Notes under the pieces: model-generated
Seen by the model: only the letters and a program-made list of their open reading frames with translations
Told to the model about the DNA's origin: nothing
The model's database searches: none
In this document: piece after piece, positions 63,330 through 64,000 of the stretch
Layout of the letters: the number at the start of each line of letters is the position of its first letter
Numbering within the stretch: the stretch's first letter is position 1
Assembly (NCBI RefSeq): GCF_000738915.1
Contig: NW_026515636.1
Location: 583,175 to 647,174, forward strand
Source of the DNA: Nematocida ausubeli
Taxonomy: Eukaryota
Reading direction: 5' to 3'
Length of the DNA stretch: 64,000 bases
Translations under genes and position numbers: made by a program

Positions 63330-64000
63330 TTAATTCGCTTCTGTTTGTGCTGTTGAAATATCTCTTGTTGAAAGTACGCCTTCTATTATACCAGGAAGGC
63401 ATACAAAGTGACCAAATGCAAAGGACTTTCTCCAGATATTTAAAACCTCAAGGGGACTGTATACCATTGGAATCAGGAAGTAGCAGAAGATGAAGATATG
63501 TGCAGCCCATCCACATATCTCTACTAATATTTTAATTCCTGGAATATTTCTTCTCTCTATTGGAATATCTTTAACAAAGCCTAGTAAGAATATTGTTGGA
63601 ACTGAGATGAGTATGGATCCTACGTGCAAAGGGAAAAGCAACAAATGCGCATATGATACAATGGATACCTTAACATGCTCCTTGATACGCATATCCATTA
63701 CATCACTAGCACTTATTTCAGTTTCTTTCGTTTTTTCTGGTTTTGAACTGTCATTTTCCTCTTCTTTCTTTTCGTCTGATGTAAGCATTTTGTTCAGTCT
63801 GTGCATAAACTTTGATCCTTGCATATTCCACATCTCAAAGAGTTCTTGTGCCTTCCAGAATGTCACAAATGGAAGTATTCTGACATTTCTCATATTATTA
63901 ATGAATGCTGCCTGGTAGATGCACTCCTCAGAGACCCATAATGCTGCAATGTAGAATAATTTGTATATGTAGAACCCAGAGAAGTCTACATCCACCTTAA
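63330..64000 (-). CDS. 3' part of a membrane protein, probable divergent MBOAT acyltransferase (Ale1/LPCAT-like)
   Basis: Frame is open to the window edge. NV...WN....FM.R and IW.KSFAFGH resemble MBOAT motifs; family call is inference. Confidence 0.65.
   Translation of the reverse strand, partial: KVDVDFSGFYIYKLFYIAALWVSEECIYQAAFINNMRNVRILPFVTFWKAQELFEMWNMQGSKFMHRLNKMLTSDEKKEEENDSSKPEKTKETEISASDVMDMRIKEHVKVSIVSYAHLLLFPLHVGSILISVPTIFLLGFVKDIPIERRNIPGIKILVEICGWAAHIFIFCYFLIPMVYSPLEVLNIWRKSFAFGHFVCLPGIIEGVLSTRDISTAQTEAN

Overview
Gene-dense, AT-rich eukaryotic DNA with no visible introns, very short head-to-head spacers, AATAAA overlapping stop codons and strongly diverged proteins. This points to a microsporidian, most likely Nematocida (inference, not a database match). 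About 37 CDSs and one tRNA-Gly(GCC) are supported. Housekeeping genes include calcineurin B, insulinase, RPL4, TFIIF-beta, PDAT, CAF1, a Rab5-like GTPase, MAT1, RPS21, TPI, RER1, a nucleotide-sugar transporter, LSm2, pyruvate kinase, choline kinase, SUA5, kinesin, eIF4E, CTU1, a Bet1-like SNARE, SSF1, CHL1, RPL23 and CDC7. An accessory block (about 45.7-58.3 kb) holds lineage-specific secreted and multi-TM proteins. The main unexplained structure is non-coding. (i) A roughly 250-330 bp dispersed element has five copies and one fragment in two subfamilies. One subfamily is about 91% identical upstream of two paralogous membrane-protein genes whose proteins are barely alignable. (ii) An 18-20 bp motif, TTCGGGTTATATCGGGTT, recurs exactly three times downstream of genes. 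(iii) Several 10-bp-period arrays lie in 3' flanks. Protein oddities include an endonuclease III homolog lacking catalytic residues, a cryptic INCENP, a pyruvate kinase with a collapsed regulatory domain and a degenerate MBOAT. All alignments were done by eye; no searches were run.
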